Part shown: in pieces, positions 1 through 9,176 of the stretch
How the letters are laid out: each line of letters begins with the position of its first letter
Position numbering within the stretch: the first letter of the stretch is position 1
From: an uncultured Pseudomonadota bacterium
Lineage (GTDB): Bacteria > Pseudomonadota > Gammaproteobacteria > Ga0077536
Length of the DNA: 64,000 nt
Assembly: GCA_913047675.1 (NCBI GenBank)
Contig: CAJWTO010000004.1
Location: 2,134 to 66,133 of the forward strand
Direction: 5' to 3'
Notes under the pieces: generated by a model
The model's database searches: none
Told to the model about the DNA's origin: nothing
Seen by the model: the letters and a program-made list of their open reading frames with translations, nothing else
Program-made: the position numbers and the translations under genes

Positions 1-306
1 GCGGGTTACCGAATTGGGCCTTTCGAGGTCGAGAGTGCTTTAATAGAGCACTCGGATGTCGCGGAATCAGCGGTGGTTGCTAGTCCGGACGAAACTCGTG
101 GTGCGGTCGTCAAAGCTTTTGTAGTCTTGGTCCCTGGCGTCGAAGGTTCCGTAACGCTAGCCGAAGAACTCAAAGAGCATGTTAAAAATGTGACTGCACC
201 ATACAAGTACCCCAGAAAAATTGAATTTGTGGAAAGTCTTCCAAAAACGGTCAGTGGTAAAATCAGGCGCATTGAGTTGCGAGATAGAGAGAATGGTGCA
301 GGTTAG
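1..306 (+). CDS. AMP-dependent acyl-CoA synthetase/ligase, C-terminal fragment (5' end outside window)
   Basis: Frame 1 is open from base 1 ([20 protein letters not shown]...[27 protein letters not shown]). This is the conserved C-terminal subdomain of adenylate-forming (ANL) enzymes. Stop at 304-306. Confidence 0.85.
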   Translation, partial: AGYRIGPFEVESALIEHSDVAESAVVASPDETRGAVVKAFVVLVPGVEGSVTLAEELKEHVKNVTAPYKYPRKIEFVESLPKTVSGKIRRIELRDRENGAG

Positions 307-365
307 GCGCTAAATCAAACTTCATTTCACACACTAATTCTGCAATTAATTAGGGCGACTGTATC

Positions 366-1760
366 TTGGTAAAACAACAGAACTCGGTGAATGAGCAGAT
401 CTACCGGGTAACACTTCTTATGGTGGTGCTAAATTCTGTTGGTACGGCCATGATGCTGACGGGCGTCAATGTGGCTTTGCCCAGTATTGCGCGAGATCTA
501 GAAATTGATGCGGTTGTCCTCACCTGGATCCCAATGAGTTATCTCATGGCAGTGACTGCATGTGTTCTGTCGTTTGGAAGACTAGCTGACATGTATGGGC
601 GAAAGAAAATATATCTGGCCGGGACAGTTGGCGTGATATTGACATCAATCGCAACCGCACTATCGGATACTGCAACCACGATGATTATTGGTAGACTGGC
701 TCAAGGAGTTTGTGCAGCCATGCTCTACGCTACCAATGTAGCTGTGATATCCTCGGTAGTGGCGCCAGCAAAAAGAGGGGCCGCAATAGGGTATACCGTG
801 TCCGCAATTTATTTAGGTTTGGCACTTGGTCCGTTCCTATCCGGCTGGCTAGTTGAGTATTTTAGTTGGCGTTGGACTTTTCTTTTGCATGTTCCCTTAG
901 CTTTGGTTGTTCTTTACATCGGTATTTATAGAATCGACAGGGACTGGACCGCAGAAGACTTGGGTGATTTCGATAAGGTAGGTGCTCTAGTTTATGGAAT
1001 AGCCATCATACTTTTAATGTTAGGGTTGTCTAGATTTGAAAACGTAATTGATGTGACTTTGATCTGTGTTGGTTTGGTGGGTCTTGTGTTCTTTTTTAAA
1101 TATGAGCAACGACATCCACACCCAGTTTTTGACGTAAGCCTTTTTTATACCAATACCTTATTCACGCTGGCTTGTGTCGCTTCTCTTGTAATGTACACAA
1201 CTACCTTTGGTAATGTCGTGCTCGTAAGTCTGTACCTTCAGTACATAAAGGACATATCACCTTCGACTGTAGGGGCACTTCTTGTATGTCAGCCTGTCGT
1301 CATGACCGCTGTAGCACCTATCGCAGGCCGATTATCAGATAAATTCGGTTCAAGACTGCTTGCTCTAGTTGGTATGGGGATCACTGGTATAAGTCATGTT
1401 GTATTGTCTTTTGTGGATGTTCAAAGTTCAGTTTATCTTGTGATAGTTTGCCTGATTTTAAATGGCATAGGCTTTGGATTATTCTCATCGCCAAATGCGA
1501 ACGCTATGATGGGCGCGGTTGGATTGGCGGATTATGGTAGAGCGGGCAGTGCGATCGCTGTTATGAGAGTAGTCGGTCAAATGTCTAGTATGGCGGTTGT
1601 CACTCTGGTGTTTGGTATTTTTGTGGGCCCTCGCGCACTGGATATTACTGTATTTCCTGAGCTGAATTTAGCGATCAGAGTTTGCTTTGCCTTTGGCGCT
1701 TGTCTTTGTCTTGTCTTTATTGTTTTTTCATTTTTTCAGCTTCGTCGACGATCTGTCTAA
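366..1760 (+). CDS. MFS transporter, EmrB/QacA-like (DHA2-type) efflux family
   Basis: 464-aa hydrophobic ORF with many predicted TM segments. It has the N-terminal GVNVALPSIARDL motif and the GRLADMYGRKK loop motif typical of MFS drug/H+ antiporters. TTG start at 366 (GTG 387 is an alternative). Confidence 0.85.
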   Translation: MVKQQNSVNEQIYRVTLLMVVLNSVGTAMMLTGVNVALPSIARDLEIDAVVLTWIPMSYLMAVTACVLSFGRLADMYGRKKIYLAGTVGVILTSIATALSDTATTMIIGRLAQGVCAAMLYATNVAVISSVVAPAKRGAAIGYTVSAIYLGLALGPFLSGWLVEYFSWRWTFLLHVPLALVVLYIGIYRIDRDWTAEDLGDFDKVGALVYGIAIILLMLGLSRFENVIDVTLICVGLVGLVFFFKYEQRHPHPVFDVSLFYTNTLFTLACVASLVMYTTTFGNVVLVSLYLQYIKDISPSTVGALLVCQPVVMTAVAPIAGRLSDKFGSRLLALVGMGITGISHVVLSFVDVQSSVYLVIVCLILNGIGFGLFSSPNANAMMGAVGLADYGRAGSAIAVMRVVGQMSSMAVVTLVFGIFVGPRALDITVFPELNLAIRVCFAFGACLCLVFIVFSFFQLRRRSV

Positions 1761-1768
1761 TAGTCGAA

Positions 1769-2941
1769 ATGGAAGATTCGCCCCATAGAAGAGCCGGCTT
1801 ATCCTTATACCTTCCCGCTATTTTAATGGGGATCCCTGGCCAAGCATTATTCGTCCTTTTACCATTGTACGTCATCGATATTGGTGGAACCCCAGCCGCA
1901 GCGGCAGCAATTATTGGTTGGCGCGGATTTGGGATGTTGATTATGGGGCTGCCCGCGGGATGGATGGCATCCTATCTGGGATACAGAAGTACAATGCTTA
2001 TTGCGAGCGGGACTATTCTGTTGGCCTTTATTCTATACGGATTAAGCGCAAATCTATTGACTTTATATGGCATCGCTTTTTTACATGGCTGCGGGAGCAG
2101 TACTTTTCTCTTAGGCCGTATGACTTGTATTACTTCACTATTTGAGGCTAATGAGCGGGGACGTGTTATTGCAGTGATTGCAGGTAGTTTAAGACTATCT
2201 ACCCTACTAGGCCCTTTACTTGGGGGAGTATTGGTGAATCAGTTTGATTTTTCACTGGCGTTTGTAGCTTGCGCGGGGATGATGACTTTAGGGTTATTGT
2301 TTACTTATATGTATACGCAGGAAAGGCGAACTATTTCTGCGGTATTGCGAATATCGGCAGTACCTGAGTTTATACGGACGCACAAATCGATTTTTTATAC
2401 TGCTGGAAGTGCTGCCGTCGCTTTCATGTTCTTGCGAGCGGCTCGTACTATTTTGATCCCATTGATTGGTGTGCATCTGTCGCTCGACCCCGTCACTATT
2501 GGTTTTGTTGTGTCTATGTCGGCATTAGTCGATTTGCTGTTTGTTTATCCTACCGGGATGATGATGGATAGATGGGGGCGCCGAATTACTGCGGTGCCAA
2601 GTGCTATGTTGTTTGCAGTATCACTAGGCTTCATTTCATTTTCGAATTCTTATGAAAGTCTAATTTTTTACGCAATCTTGGCGGGTGTTGCTAACGGACT
2701 TTCCACAGGGATCGTGATGACTTTAGGTGCTGATAATGCGCCAGAGGATAGGCGAGGAGAGTTTCTCGGTTTTTGGCGTGTTTTGACTGACTTAGGCAAT
2801 GTATCAGGACCGGCCCTCATTAGTGGAATACTTTTTATTGGTTCTCTACAGTTTGCGAGTATAGTTGTTGGATTGATTGGATTAGCAGGTAGCATCTTTG
2901 TCCACCGAGCGGTGGACGCGGAACTTAAAGAGGATATTTGA
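1769..2941 (+). CDS. MFS transporter
   Basis: Hydrophobic multi-TM ORF with an MMDRWGRR loop motif. The ORF-track start at 1682 overlaps the upstream gene by 79 nt. The first ATG at 1769 (MEDSPHRR), 9 nt after the upstream stop, is more plausible. Confidence 0.8.
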   Translation: MEDSPHRRAGLSLYLPAILMGIPGQALFVLLPLYVIDIGGTPAAAAAIIGWRGFGMLIMGLPAGWMASYLGYRSTMLIASGTILLAFILYGLSANLLTLYGIAFLHGCGSSTFLLGRMTCITSLFEANERGRVIAVIAGSLRLSTLLGPLLGGVLVNQFDFSLAFVACAGMMTLGLLFTYMYTQERRTISAVLRISAVPEFIRTHKSIFYTAGSAAVAFMFLRAARTILIPLIGVHLSLDPVTIGFVVSMSALVDLLFVYPTGMMMDRWGRRITAVPSAMLFAVSLGFISFSNSYESLIFYAILAGVANGLSTGIVMTLGADNAPEDRRGEFLGFWRVLTDLGNVSGPALISGILFIGSLQFASIVVGLIGLAGSIFVHRAVDAELKEDI

Positions 2942-2945
2942 GTCA

Positions 2946-3365
2946 ATGTTTCAGAAAGCTTGGTTAGATCATGTTGTTTTGAGGGTAAAGGACGTGAATC
3001 GAATTAGTGAATTTTACCAGGATGTATTCGACGCAAGTGTTGAACGCGAGCTCGATATTGGTCTCCATCAGCTAAGGGTCGGTAGTGTGTTGATAGATCT
3101 TGTCGCCTTGGATAGCGAGTTGGGAAAAAAAGGAGGGCTCGCACCTACCGGCGGAAAAAATCTTGATCATTTTTGTATCCGTGTCGAGCCGTTTGACTAC
3201 AAAGCTATAAGAAAGCGTTTGGATAAAGTTGGGGTGATATGCAGCGACGTAAGAGAGCTTTATGGCGCCGACGGATATGGTCCCTCCGTATACCTTCATG
3301 ATCCGGAAGGAAACATGATAGAAATAAAGGGTTCCCCGGTCAGGAAATTAGAAGGACAAGATTAA
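2946..3365 (+). CDS. VOC family protein (glyoxalase/bleomycin-resistance/dioxygenase fold)
   Basis: LDHVVLRVKDV...LDHFCIRVE...YLHDPEGNMIEI is the paired beta-alpha-beta-beta-beta module signature. The ATG at 2946 avoids overlap with the MFS gene. Confidence 0.8.
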   Translation: MFQKAWLDHVVLRVKDVNRISEFYQDVFDASVERELDIGLHQLRVGSVLIDLVALDSELGKKGGLAPTGGKNLDHFCIRVEPFDYKAIRKRLDKVGVICSDVRELYGADGYGPSVYLHDPEGNMIEIKGSPVRKLEGQD

Positions 3366-3368
3366 AGC

Positions 3369-4034
3369 TCAGGACCGTTTGATATTTATTCGACCCCAAG
3401 AAAAAAATAGTTTCTGGGCAGGTGCAGATAGTCCGCTCAGGCGCTTCGCTAAAGTTTCCATTATCATTTTTTGTACTAACATCATTTCTAACTTTTCCGA
3501 TTGGTCTAATCGCACCCAACGAATATCTTCTAACTCACCATCTCCTAGAATATTACCATGCATTTGTTCAAAGTTTATCGAGAAGAAGCGTGCATGAAAT
3601 CGTATAGGCTGAACTGGCGGCGTAATGGCTCTACCCAGATAATCGAGTAATTTTAAATTAGGTGATAGTCCAAGTTGTTTAAAGTGCTGCCAGGTATTAT
3701 TCCTTACGGTGTTCAATTGACCTTTTTCTCCGAGGGTTAGACCTACTTCTTCGAATGCTTCGCGTACCGCGCACATAGCTAAACCATTCGCTTTGCGATG
3801 AGAGTTTGCAACAGCCATCATTCGGGTATATTGAGTTTTAAGCTTTTTCTTGGGTTGGACGACGTAGTCATCTCGTTCAACTATTCCTCCGGGAAAAACA
3901 TATACTCCAGGCTTAAACTTCGCCTTGCTCCCTCGTCTACCCATTAGTACCTGATATTGGTTACGATACTTACGAAATATTACGAGACTGGCGGCGTTTC
4001 TTGGCCTTGCCGGACCAAACTTTTTTGTGGTCAT
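3369..4034 (-). CDS. NUDIX hydrolase
   Basis: Nudix box GGIVERDD...AVREAFEEVGL (GX5EX7REUXEEXGU pattern). 221 aa. Confidence 0.85.
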   Translation of the reverse strand: MTTKKFGPARPRNAASLVIFRKYRNQYQVLMGRRGSKAKFKPGVYVFPGGIVERDDYVVQPKKKLKTQYTRMMAVANSHRKANGLAMCAVREAFEEVGLTLGEKGQLNTVRNNTWQHFKQLGLSPNLKLLDYLGRAITPPVQPIRFHARFFSINFEQMHGNILGDGELEDIRWVRLDQSEKLEMMLVQKMIMETLAKRLSGLSAPAQKLFFSWGRINIKRS

Positions 4035-4049
4035 GCTCTTTTATTCCTA

Positions 4050-4295
4050 TTACTTACAGATTATGAGAAATCGGTATATTTCTCCATCCTGATTGGTACT
4101 TGATAGTGTATGACCAGATGCCTTACAAAAAGCTTTAAAATCATCAAGTGAGTTAGGATCGGTAGCTATTACTTCCAAGCTTTGACCTGCAGACATTGTG
4201 TTGAGAATTTTTTTAGTTTTTAAGATAGGCAAGGGACAATTTAGTCCTGCGGCATCAAGACATAAATCGCTCATTTCCTTAAAATTCTCCCGCAT
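4050..4295 (-). CDS. TusA/SirA-family sulfurtransferase
   Basis: LDAAGLNCPLPILKTKK contains the CPxP active-site motif of TusA-like proteins. About 75-81 aa (alternative ATG at 4274). Confidence 0.85.
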   Translation of the reverse strand: MRENFKEMSDLCLDAAGLNCPLPILKTKKILNTMSAGQSLEVIATDPNSLDDFKAFCKASGHTLSSTNQDGEIYRFLIICK

Positions 4296-4314
4296 ACGGC
4301 CATCGTAAGCACCG

Positions 4315-4968
4315 CTAGACTCCCTGCCTGCCTGTTGCTATGCCTTCGGGGTGCAAACTCTCATAAGCACTATCTCTGGTGTACATTCGGGAAAACCACG
4401 CATTTATATTAAGCAAAGAATTATCCATGTTCTGACCAACGCCTTCTCCGAAATCAAGAGCACAGAACAATATGATATCGGCCAAACTTAGATCATTACC
4501 GCACACGAAGATCTTACGATGCATCAGATCATTTAGCCAGACCAGTTTCTCAGAAACAATTTCTGCAAGTCCCGGTGCAGCCTCTGGAAGGCAGTGTATG
4601 CGCTCCCTAAAAAGTTCCAACCCAACGGAGTATCTAAAACTATTATAAAGATTCTCGGTGATATTCAGTTCTATTCGTCTTTGCCACATTCGATGGGTCG
4701 CCTTTTCTAGGGGCGTCGTGCCGATTAGAGGTTTCTCAGGATAAAGATCTTCTAGAAATTCACATATAGCTACTGTCTCAGAGATACAGACGCCATCATC
4801 CAAAATAAGGGCCGGTAATTGACCCGCTGGGTTCAACTTAAGATAGGCCGATTCTCTATTACTTGCATTAAGAATGTCGATCTCTTCAAAAGGCAGTTCG
4901 ATGCCTTTTTCAAGTAAAAACATCCTCACAACCCTAGGATTTGGGCCTGGTGAATTTAATAATTTCAT
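4315..4968 (-). CDS. glutathione S-transferase family protein
   Basis: The N-terminal thioredoxin-like GST fold is visible (LNPAGQLPALILDDGVCISETVAICEFLEDLYP), followed by a helical C-terminal domain. Confidence 0.85.
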   Translation of the reverse strand: MKLLNSPGPNPRVVRMFLLEKGIELPFEEIDILNASNRESAYLKLNPAGQLPALILDDGVCISETVAICEFLEDLYPEKPLIGTTPLEKATHRMWQRRIELNITENLYNSFRYSVGLELFRERIHCLPEAAPGLAEIVSEKLVWLNDLMHRKIFVCGNDLSLADIILFCALDFGEGVGQNMDNSLLNINAWFSRMYTRDSAYESLHPEGIATGRQGV

Positions 4969-4993
4969 TTTTTGGTAAATAATCCGCTTAAGT

Positions 4994-6427
4994 TCAGCCT
5001 ACGGACTCTTCTCTCCCAATTTTTCTGAGCCAGCGTTTTACGTTTCGTGCATGAGTCCCAAGATAAGAGTTTTCGCGAAAAAATTTATCGTAGAAACCAG
5101 TCTCCAGTCTATGGGCTTGAGTATAATAACGTATGAAAATACTCGGTACGGTGCCCGGGAACTTACCGTATGTATCATATATATATTCAGCGGTTTCGAC
5201 CACAGCATCAATAAGTTCTTCGCTAGGCATTGTTACTTGTTGCTTGATTTTTTGATTGTCTTTAAATGGCCCGGCAGTATTTGGGTTATATCCGCCATTT
5301 ACACCAAATTTAAGATCCAGGAAGGACTCTACGGCTGCCCTCATATTTTTATAGAACGGAGGGGAATAGGCTTGATACAAACCTTCAATACCTAATGGGT
5401 TAGGTACTCCCCACCCATCCTTTTTTTCGAAACTGAAACCTAGGCCTGGAACCCCTTTGGCTGCGTAGGCACCCATCATAGTGAATGGATTAATACCAGA
5501 GTAAAACCAACCACCTAGCCCAAGTGGTTGCAGGGCTAATGACATATTGTGACCCATAACTCCCATCTCGACAGCGCTAGTGGTTAATACGTATTGTTCA
5601 AGGTACGACAGTGGATACTTCTTCTTAAGATCGATAAGCCCACTTTGAGCAAACTTTTGTAAAGCACCTGCTGGTCTACCATTGGCATCGTCAAAAATTG
5701 TATAACCCGAACCAACTGCTATAAAAAGTAAACCGAGCAGTTGCTCCGAAACATTACCGACTGGAATGAAGAGCGTGGAGCCTTCAGTATTACCATTCCA
5801 GAAATTGTGAGCGCTATAGTGTGGCGGAACTCGCGGTGGGTTGATTCTTTGATCAGACAATTTCCGTGTATGATTCCCAACAACATGCACTAGTGACTCA
5901 GCTGAATTAAGCTTTGTATCACGCCAATTACCCTCGTTAATCGCATCACGAGTGCTGACATAGTACGTTCCATCATCTTGAGTGAAGAATAAATCCGAGT
6001 TTCCAATACCAGCAGCCGAGGGTGTGGTGCGACCTGTGTAGCGAGCAGAGTAGTTACATAAGCCTTCCTGAGGAGTAGTGTGAGGAATTCCATGATGCCA
6101 TCCTGAAGCGCCCAAGCCCGCCGCTAATATGACGGCCCGCTCAAAATCATCTATGGGGCTCGCAGGTAAAGTTGATTTGTACTGAAGAGGCCCGTGAGGT
6201 ATTTCCATTCCCCAGCCGAATCGCCTAGAGCGCCTGTTGAAGAGAGCCTTGAAAAGTGGAAAATCATTTATTTCCTTGAGCATTTCCGACCATTCATCCG
6301 CTGCACTATTTGTACCTGATTGGCTAGTGCTTTCGTGTGCCGCAACATTTTTCCCAAGTGCGAGTGCCGTGAGCCCAGAAAAATACATAAATGCTCTACG
6401 GGTGACACCGGTTTTCTTATTCTTCAT
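4994..6427 (-). CDS. Tat-signal nitroreductase-superfamily protein, large form (~477 aa), function unknown
   Basis: An internal ATG at 6427 gives MKNKKTGVTRRAFMYFSGLTALALGKNVAAHE, with twin-arginine motif TRRAFM, an h-region and VAA|H. Nitroreductase-fold hallmarks are FNRRSRRFGWG and EMGVMGHNMSLALQPLGLGGWFYSG. The 145 codons upstream in the ORF track look non-coding. Confidence 0.7.
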   Translation of the reverse strand: MKNKKTGVTRRAFMYFSGLTALALGKNVAAHESTSQSGTNSAADEWSEMLKEINDFPLFKALFNRRSRRFGWGMEIPHGPLQYKSTLPASPIDDFERAVILAAGLGASGWHHGIPHTTPQEGLCNYSARYTGRTTPSAAGIGNSDLFFTQDDGTYYVSTRDAINEGNWRDTKLNSAESLVHVVGNHTRKLSDQRINPPRVPPHYSAHNFWNGNTEGSTLFIPVGNVSEQLLGLLFIAVGSGYTIFDDANGRPAGALQKFAQSGLIDLKKKYPLSYLEQYVLTTSAVEMGVMGHNMSLALQPLGLGGWFYSGINPFTMMGAYAAKGVPGLGFSFEKKDGWGVPNPLGIEGLYQAYSPPFYKNMRAAVESFLDLKFGVNGGYNPNTAGPFKDNQKIKQQVTMPSEELIDAVVETAEYIYDTYGKFPGTVPSIFIRYYTQAHRLETGFYDKFFRENSYLGTHARNVKRWLRKIGREESVG

Positions 6428-6619
6428 ATACGTATTCCGCTGTTGGTTGCTATAATACCTGCTTACTATACTACTGCTAACAGTATCTGCGACCAAGTCA
6501 ATAATTTGGATACCGGAGGCTAAACGTTCAACAGGCAATTGGCTGATACTAGTTCTCGATGAGCTTTTCGGCCAAATTAGTTTGTGAGCAGGAATTGGCA
6601 ATTCTATAAGGAGAATGTT

Positions 6620-8038
6620 TTGGATTCGGTTTATCGCAATACCTTTAAAGATATGATGAACGATGTTGTAGATTATGGAAGTTGCTGTGAATGCGGCGCT
6701 TGTGTGGTTGCCTGCCCTCATAATGTAATAGAGTACATAGACGGTAAGCCAAAGCAAACAGCCAAAGAATCGGCGCCCTTTGATTTTTGCGGTGTGAGTG
6801 AGGGCGCCGGCTGTGATGTTTGTGCAACAGTGTGTCCCCGTTTGTGGCCTCGTGAGGAGCATCTAAAGCAGTCTGTTTTTGGTGCGCACTCGGATTATGA
6901 GGATATTTTTGGTGTGTTCAAACAGATTTTTGTGGCTAAAACTAAGCGGCCCGAAGTAGCTGAAGTGGGGCAAGATGGCGGTGTAGTCACTGGTCTACTT
7001 TCTTGGGCTCTAGGAGCCGAAGAAATTGATGGGGCTGTCGTTTCTGCTGTAAGCGAAGATGACGAGCCTTGTTTTCCGTCTCCGAAAGTCGTCACTAGTC
7101 AAGATGAAGTTATCACCAGTGCGGGTAGTTGGTACACCTATTGTCCGAATAATCGCGCGCTGCCTGAGGTGGCGGAGCGCGATTTGAAAAAAGTAGCTTT
7201 CGTGGGTGTGCCTTGTCAAATTACGCCGATTCGTAAAATGGAAATTATGGACCCAGCATTCCTAGTTGGACCTAAAAAGAAGCCTAAAATAATAGGAAGA
7301 CAACGGGAGTTTTTGCGAGGCTATGCTGATCGAGTTTCGTTTAGCGTAGGTTTGTTTTGTACAGAAGTTTTTCGACCAGAGTTGATGACTGAGAAAATTG
7401 AACAGGAGATGTCAATTCCCTTGAGCGAAGTGAGTAAGTTTAATGTTAAGGGTGAGGTCCTTATCTATAAGAAAGATGGTGACGTTGCAACGATTCCTTT
7501 AGAGGAAGCTATGCAAGACTATCAGCGTCCAGAATGTGCGCATTGCGGAGATTTTTCAGCTGAGATGGCGGATATCGCCTGCGGTGGAGTGGGAACCGAT
7601 AATGCGACGATTGTCGTTATTCGAACTGAAAAGGGCGAAAATATTTGGAAAGAATATGAAAAGTCCGGATTGGTAGAGGTTGAACCTATTGTTAATAACA
7701 AACGTGCATGGAATATTTTACTTCGCTTAGCCAGACGGCAGAGAGAAAGAGTGCCCAGTGGGCCCGACCGATCTGGGACTAGTGATCAGGTAATACAGTA
7801 TGACCGCGGTGAGGCAATGCTCGATATGCAAGTAGCTTTGCGCGAGGCAATCAGTGATCGAGAGGTATTAGACGAGCGGTTGAAAGCGGCTTACCAAGAA
7901 GAGGATTTGAATAAAAAATCTATTATTTACATGGCAGGTAAAGAGATCCCTAACGATCCTGGTACACTATTGGCTAGTGGGAAAAGAAAATTGCCTCCGC
8001 CACTGGGGATAGAGGAGGGAGGAAGCTCACCGCTATAA
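6620..8038 (+). CDS. FrhB/FdhB-family (coenzyme F420 hydrogenase/dehydrogenase beta-like) Fe-S flavoprotein
   Basis: Two ferredoxin Cys motifs are present (CCECGACVVACP; CGVSEGAGCDVCATVCP). GQDGGVVTGLLSWAL and the C-terminal ECAHCGDFSAEMADIACGG are typical of the FrhB_FdhB N/C domains, and an extra ~110-aa charged tail follows. The start is uncertain: TTG 6620 lies 6 nt after AAGGAG (6608-6613), with alternatives GTG 6584 and ATG 6653. Confidence 0.75.
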   Translation: MDSVYRNTFKDMMNDVVDYGSCCECGACVVACPHNVIEYIDGKPKQTAKESAPFDFCGVSEGAGCDVCATVCPRLWPREEHLKQSVFGAHSDYEDIFGVFKQIFVAKTKRPEVAEVGQDGGVVTGLLSWALGAEEIDGAVVSAVSEDDEPCFPSPKVVTSQDEVITSAGSWYTYCPNNRALPEVAERDLKKVAFVGVPCQITPIRKMEIMDPAFLVGPKKKPKIIGRQREFLRGYADRVSFSVGLFCTEVFRPELMTEKIEQEMSIPLSEVSKFNVKGEVLIYKKDGDVATIPLEEAMQDYQRPECAHCGDFSAEMADIACGGVGTDNATIVVIRTEKGENIWKEYEKSGLVEVEPIVNNKRAWNILLRLARRQRERVPSGPDRSGTSDQVIQYDRGEAMLDMQVALREAISDREVLDERLKAAYQEEDLNKKSIIYMAGKEIPNDPGTLLASGKRKLPPPLGIEEGGSSPL

Positions 8039-8050
8039 TCGGAGGTGACT

Positions 8051-9097
8051 TTATCGTCGATTTTTAAAAGCTAGAAAAGGACTGGGAATTTGCTTAATTT
8101 CCGCGACTATTTCGGAAGGAATTTTTGCTGGTTTCTCATAGCTCTGACTTGCCTGAACGGTGTCTACTAAACCACTAAAGCGCTTTTTTATCTCGTCCAC
8201 GACAAATTCGTGCCTACCAATAGCTGCACATTCGTATAATAAGTCATCAGGAATATTTTGTGCGAGTTTATCCCACTTACCTTCTTTTGTGAGACGATTC
8301 AGTTTGGGTCCTAGATCGCCGTATCCAGAGTGTTCAAGTACGGGCCAGTAAGCTGGGGTAGATGCGTAGAAACCAATGCGGTAGCGGACCCATTCTGCCA
8401 TTTCGTTTACTTCTTGGTCGTTTGCGCCCGTTACTATAAAACCCCCTCCCGAGATCTCGAAGTTCTCCCTTTTCATACCGGACTTTTTGAATCCTTTTTC
8501 TAACTGAGGTAAGACGCATTTCTCAATATAGGCGCTAGTACAGAAGGGGTGCAGTTGTACGCCATCAGCGACCTCTCCGGCTAAGGAAAGCATTTTAGGG
8601 CCTACTGCTGCCAATGTAACGGGAGTCAACCTGTGATTAGATTTTTCGGGTACAAAATTTGGTGGCATTAAGGAAAATTGGTAGTGCGTCCCAGCAAACT
8701 TTAGGGGACAACCTGTTTGCCAAGTCGTCCAGATAGCCCTCAGACTATTAACGTATTCTCGCAGTCTCGGAACGGGAGGACTCCAAGGCACACTAAAACG
8801 TTTTTCGTTATGCGCCTTTATCTGGGGTCCGAGGCCCAGTATAAAGCGTCCTTTAGAAAGATTAGTTAAGTCCCAGGCAATTTGTGCTGTAGACATGGGG
8901 GATCTTAAAAAAGCGATAGCTACACCAGTAGATAATTCCAATATATTTGTATTCGCAGCGCACACGGCTAATGGTAGGAATGGATCATGTCGATTTTCGA
9001 AGGTCGTAATGCCGGAGTAGCCGTTCGACTCAACATCTTTAGCCATTGAGCCAGCCTTTTGCAGATCACTCTGATCGACAGTATTAAAAATTTTCAT
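8051..9097 (-). CDS. LLM-class (luciferase-like) oxidoreductase, F420-dependent-type subgroup
   Basis: 348 aa. LSTGVAIAFLRSPMSTAQIAWDLTNLSKGRFILGLGPQIKAHNEKRF...LAAVGPKMLSLAGEVADG...IGFYASTPAYWPVLE resembles the LLM subgroup usually annotated as probable F420-dependent (MSMEG_2256-like). The cofactor cannot be told from sequence alone. Confidence 0.7.
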   Translation of the reverse strand: MKIFNTVDQSDLQKAGSMAKDVESNGYSGITTFENRHDPFLPLAVCAANTNILELSTGVAIAFLRSPMSTAQIAWDLTNLSKGRFILGLGPQIKAHNEKRFSVPWSPPVPRLREYVNSLRAIWTTWQTGCPLKFAGTHYQFSLMPPNFVPEKSNHRLTPVTLAAVGPKMLSLAGEVADGVQLHPFCTSAYIEKCVLPQLEKGFKKSGMKRENFEISGGGFIVTGANDQEVNEMAEWVRYRIGFYASTPAYWPVLEHSGYGDLGPKLNRLTKEGKWDKLAQNIPDDLLYECAAIGRHEFVVDEIKKRFSGLVDTVQASQSYEKPAKIPSEIVAEIKQIPSPFLAFKNRR

Positions 9098-9154
9098 GAA
9101 AATCTTCTTCAGTATCTTTATAAATAATGTTTTTTTATATGGTTATTATGGCAA

Positions 9155-9167
9155 GATGTACTACATC
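9155..9167. promoter_or_regulatory. 13-bp palindrome GATGTA-C-TACATC just upstream of the deacetylase gene
   Basis: Perfect 6-1-6 dyad, 10 nt before the GTG at 9177, inside the 79-bp divergent region shared with the LLM gene. A possible operator, but it is short and could be chance. Confidence 0.2.
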
Positions 9168-9176
9168 TAATCAATC

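Noticed and set aside
6615-6656. A 13-codon out-of-frame mini-ORF (ATG 6615) right after the AAGGAG upstream of the FrhB-like gene, considered as a possible leader peptide.
   Set aside because: The ATG is only 1 nt from the SD, which is too close. The in-frame TTG at 6620 has ideal spacing and explains the SD.
6428-6862. The 145-codon N-terminal extension of the 622-aa ORF (4994..6862) in the ORF track.
   Set aside because: The extension runs through the divergent promoter region and into the FrhB-like gene. It is Cys/His/Thr-rich with no domain character. The internal ATG at 6427 yields a perfect Tat signal peptide, so the true gene starts there.
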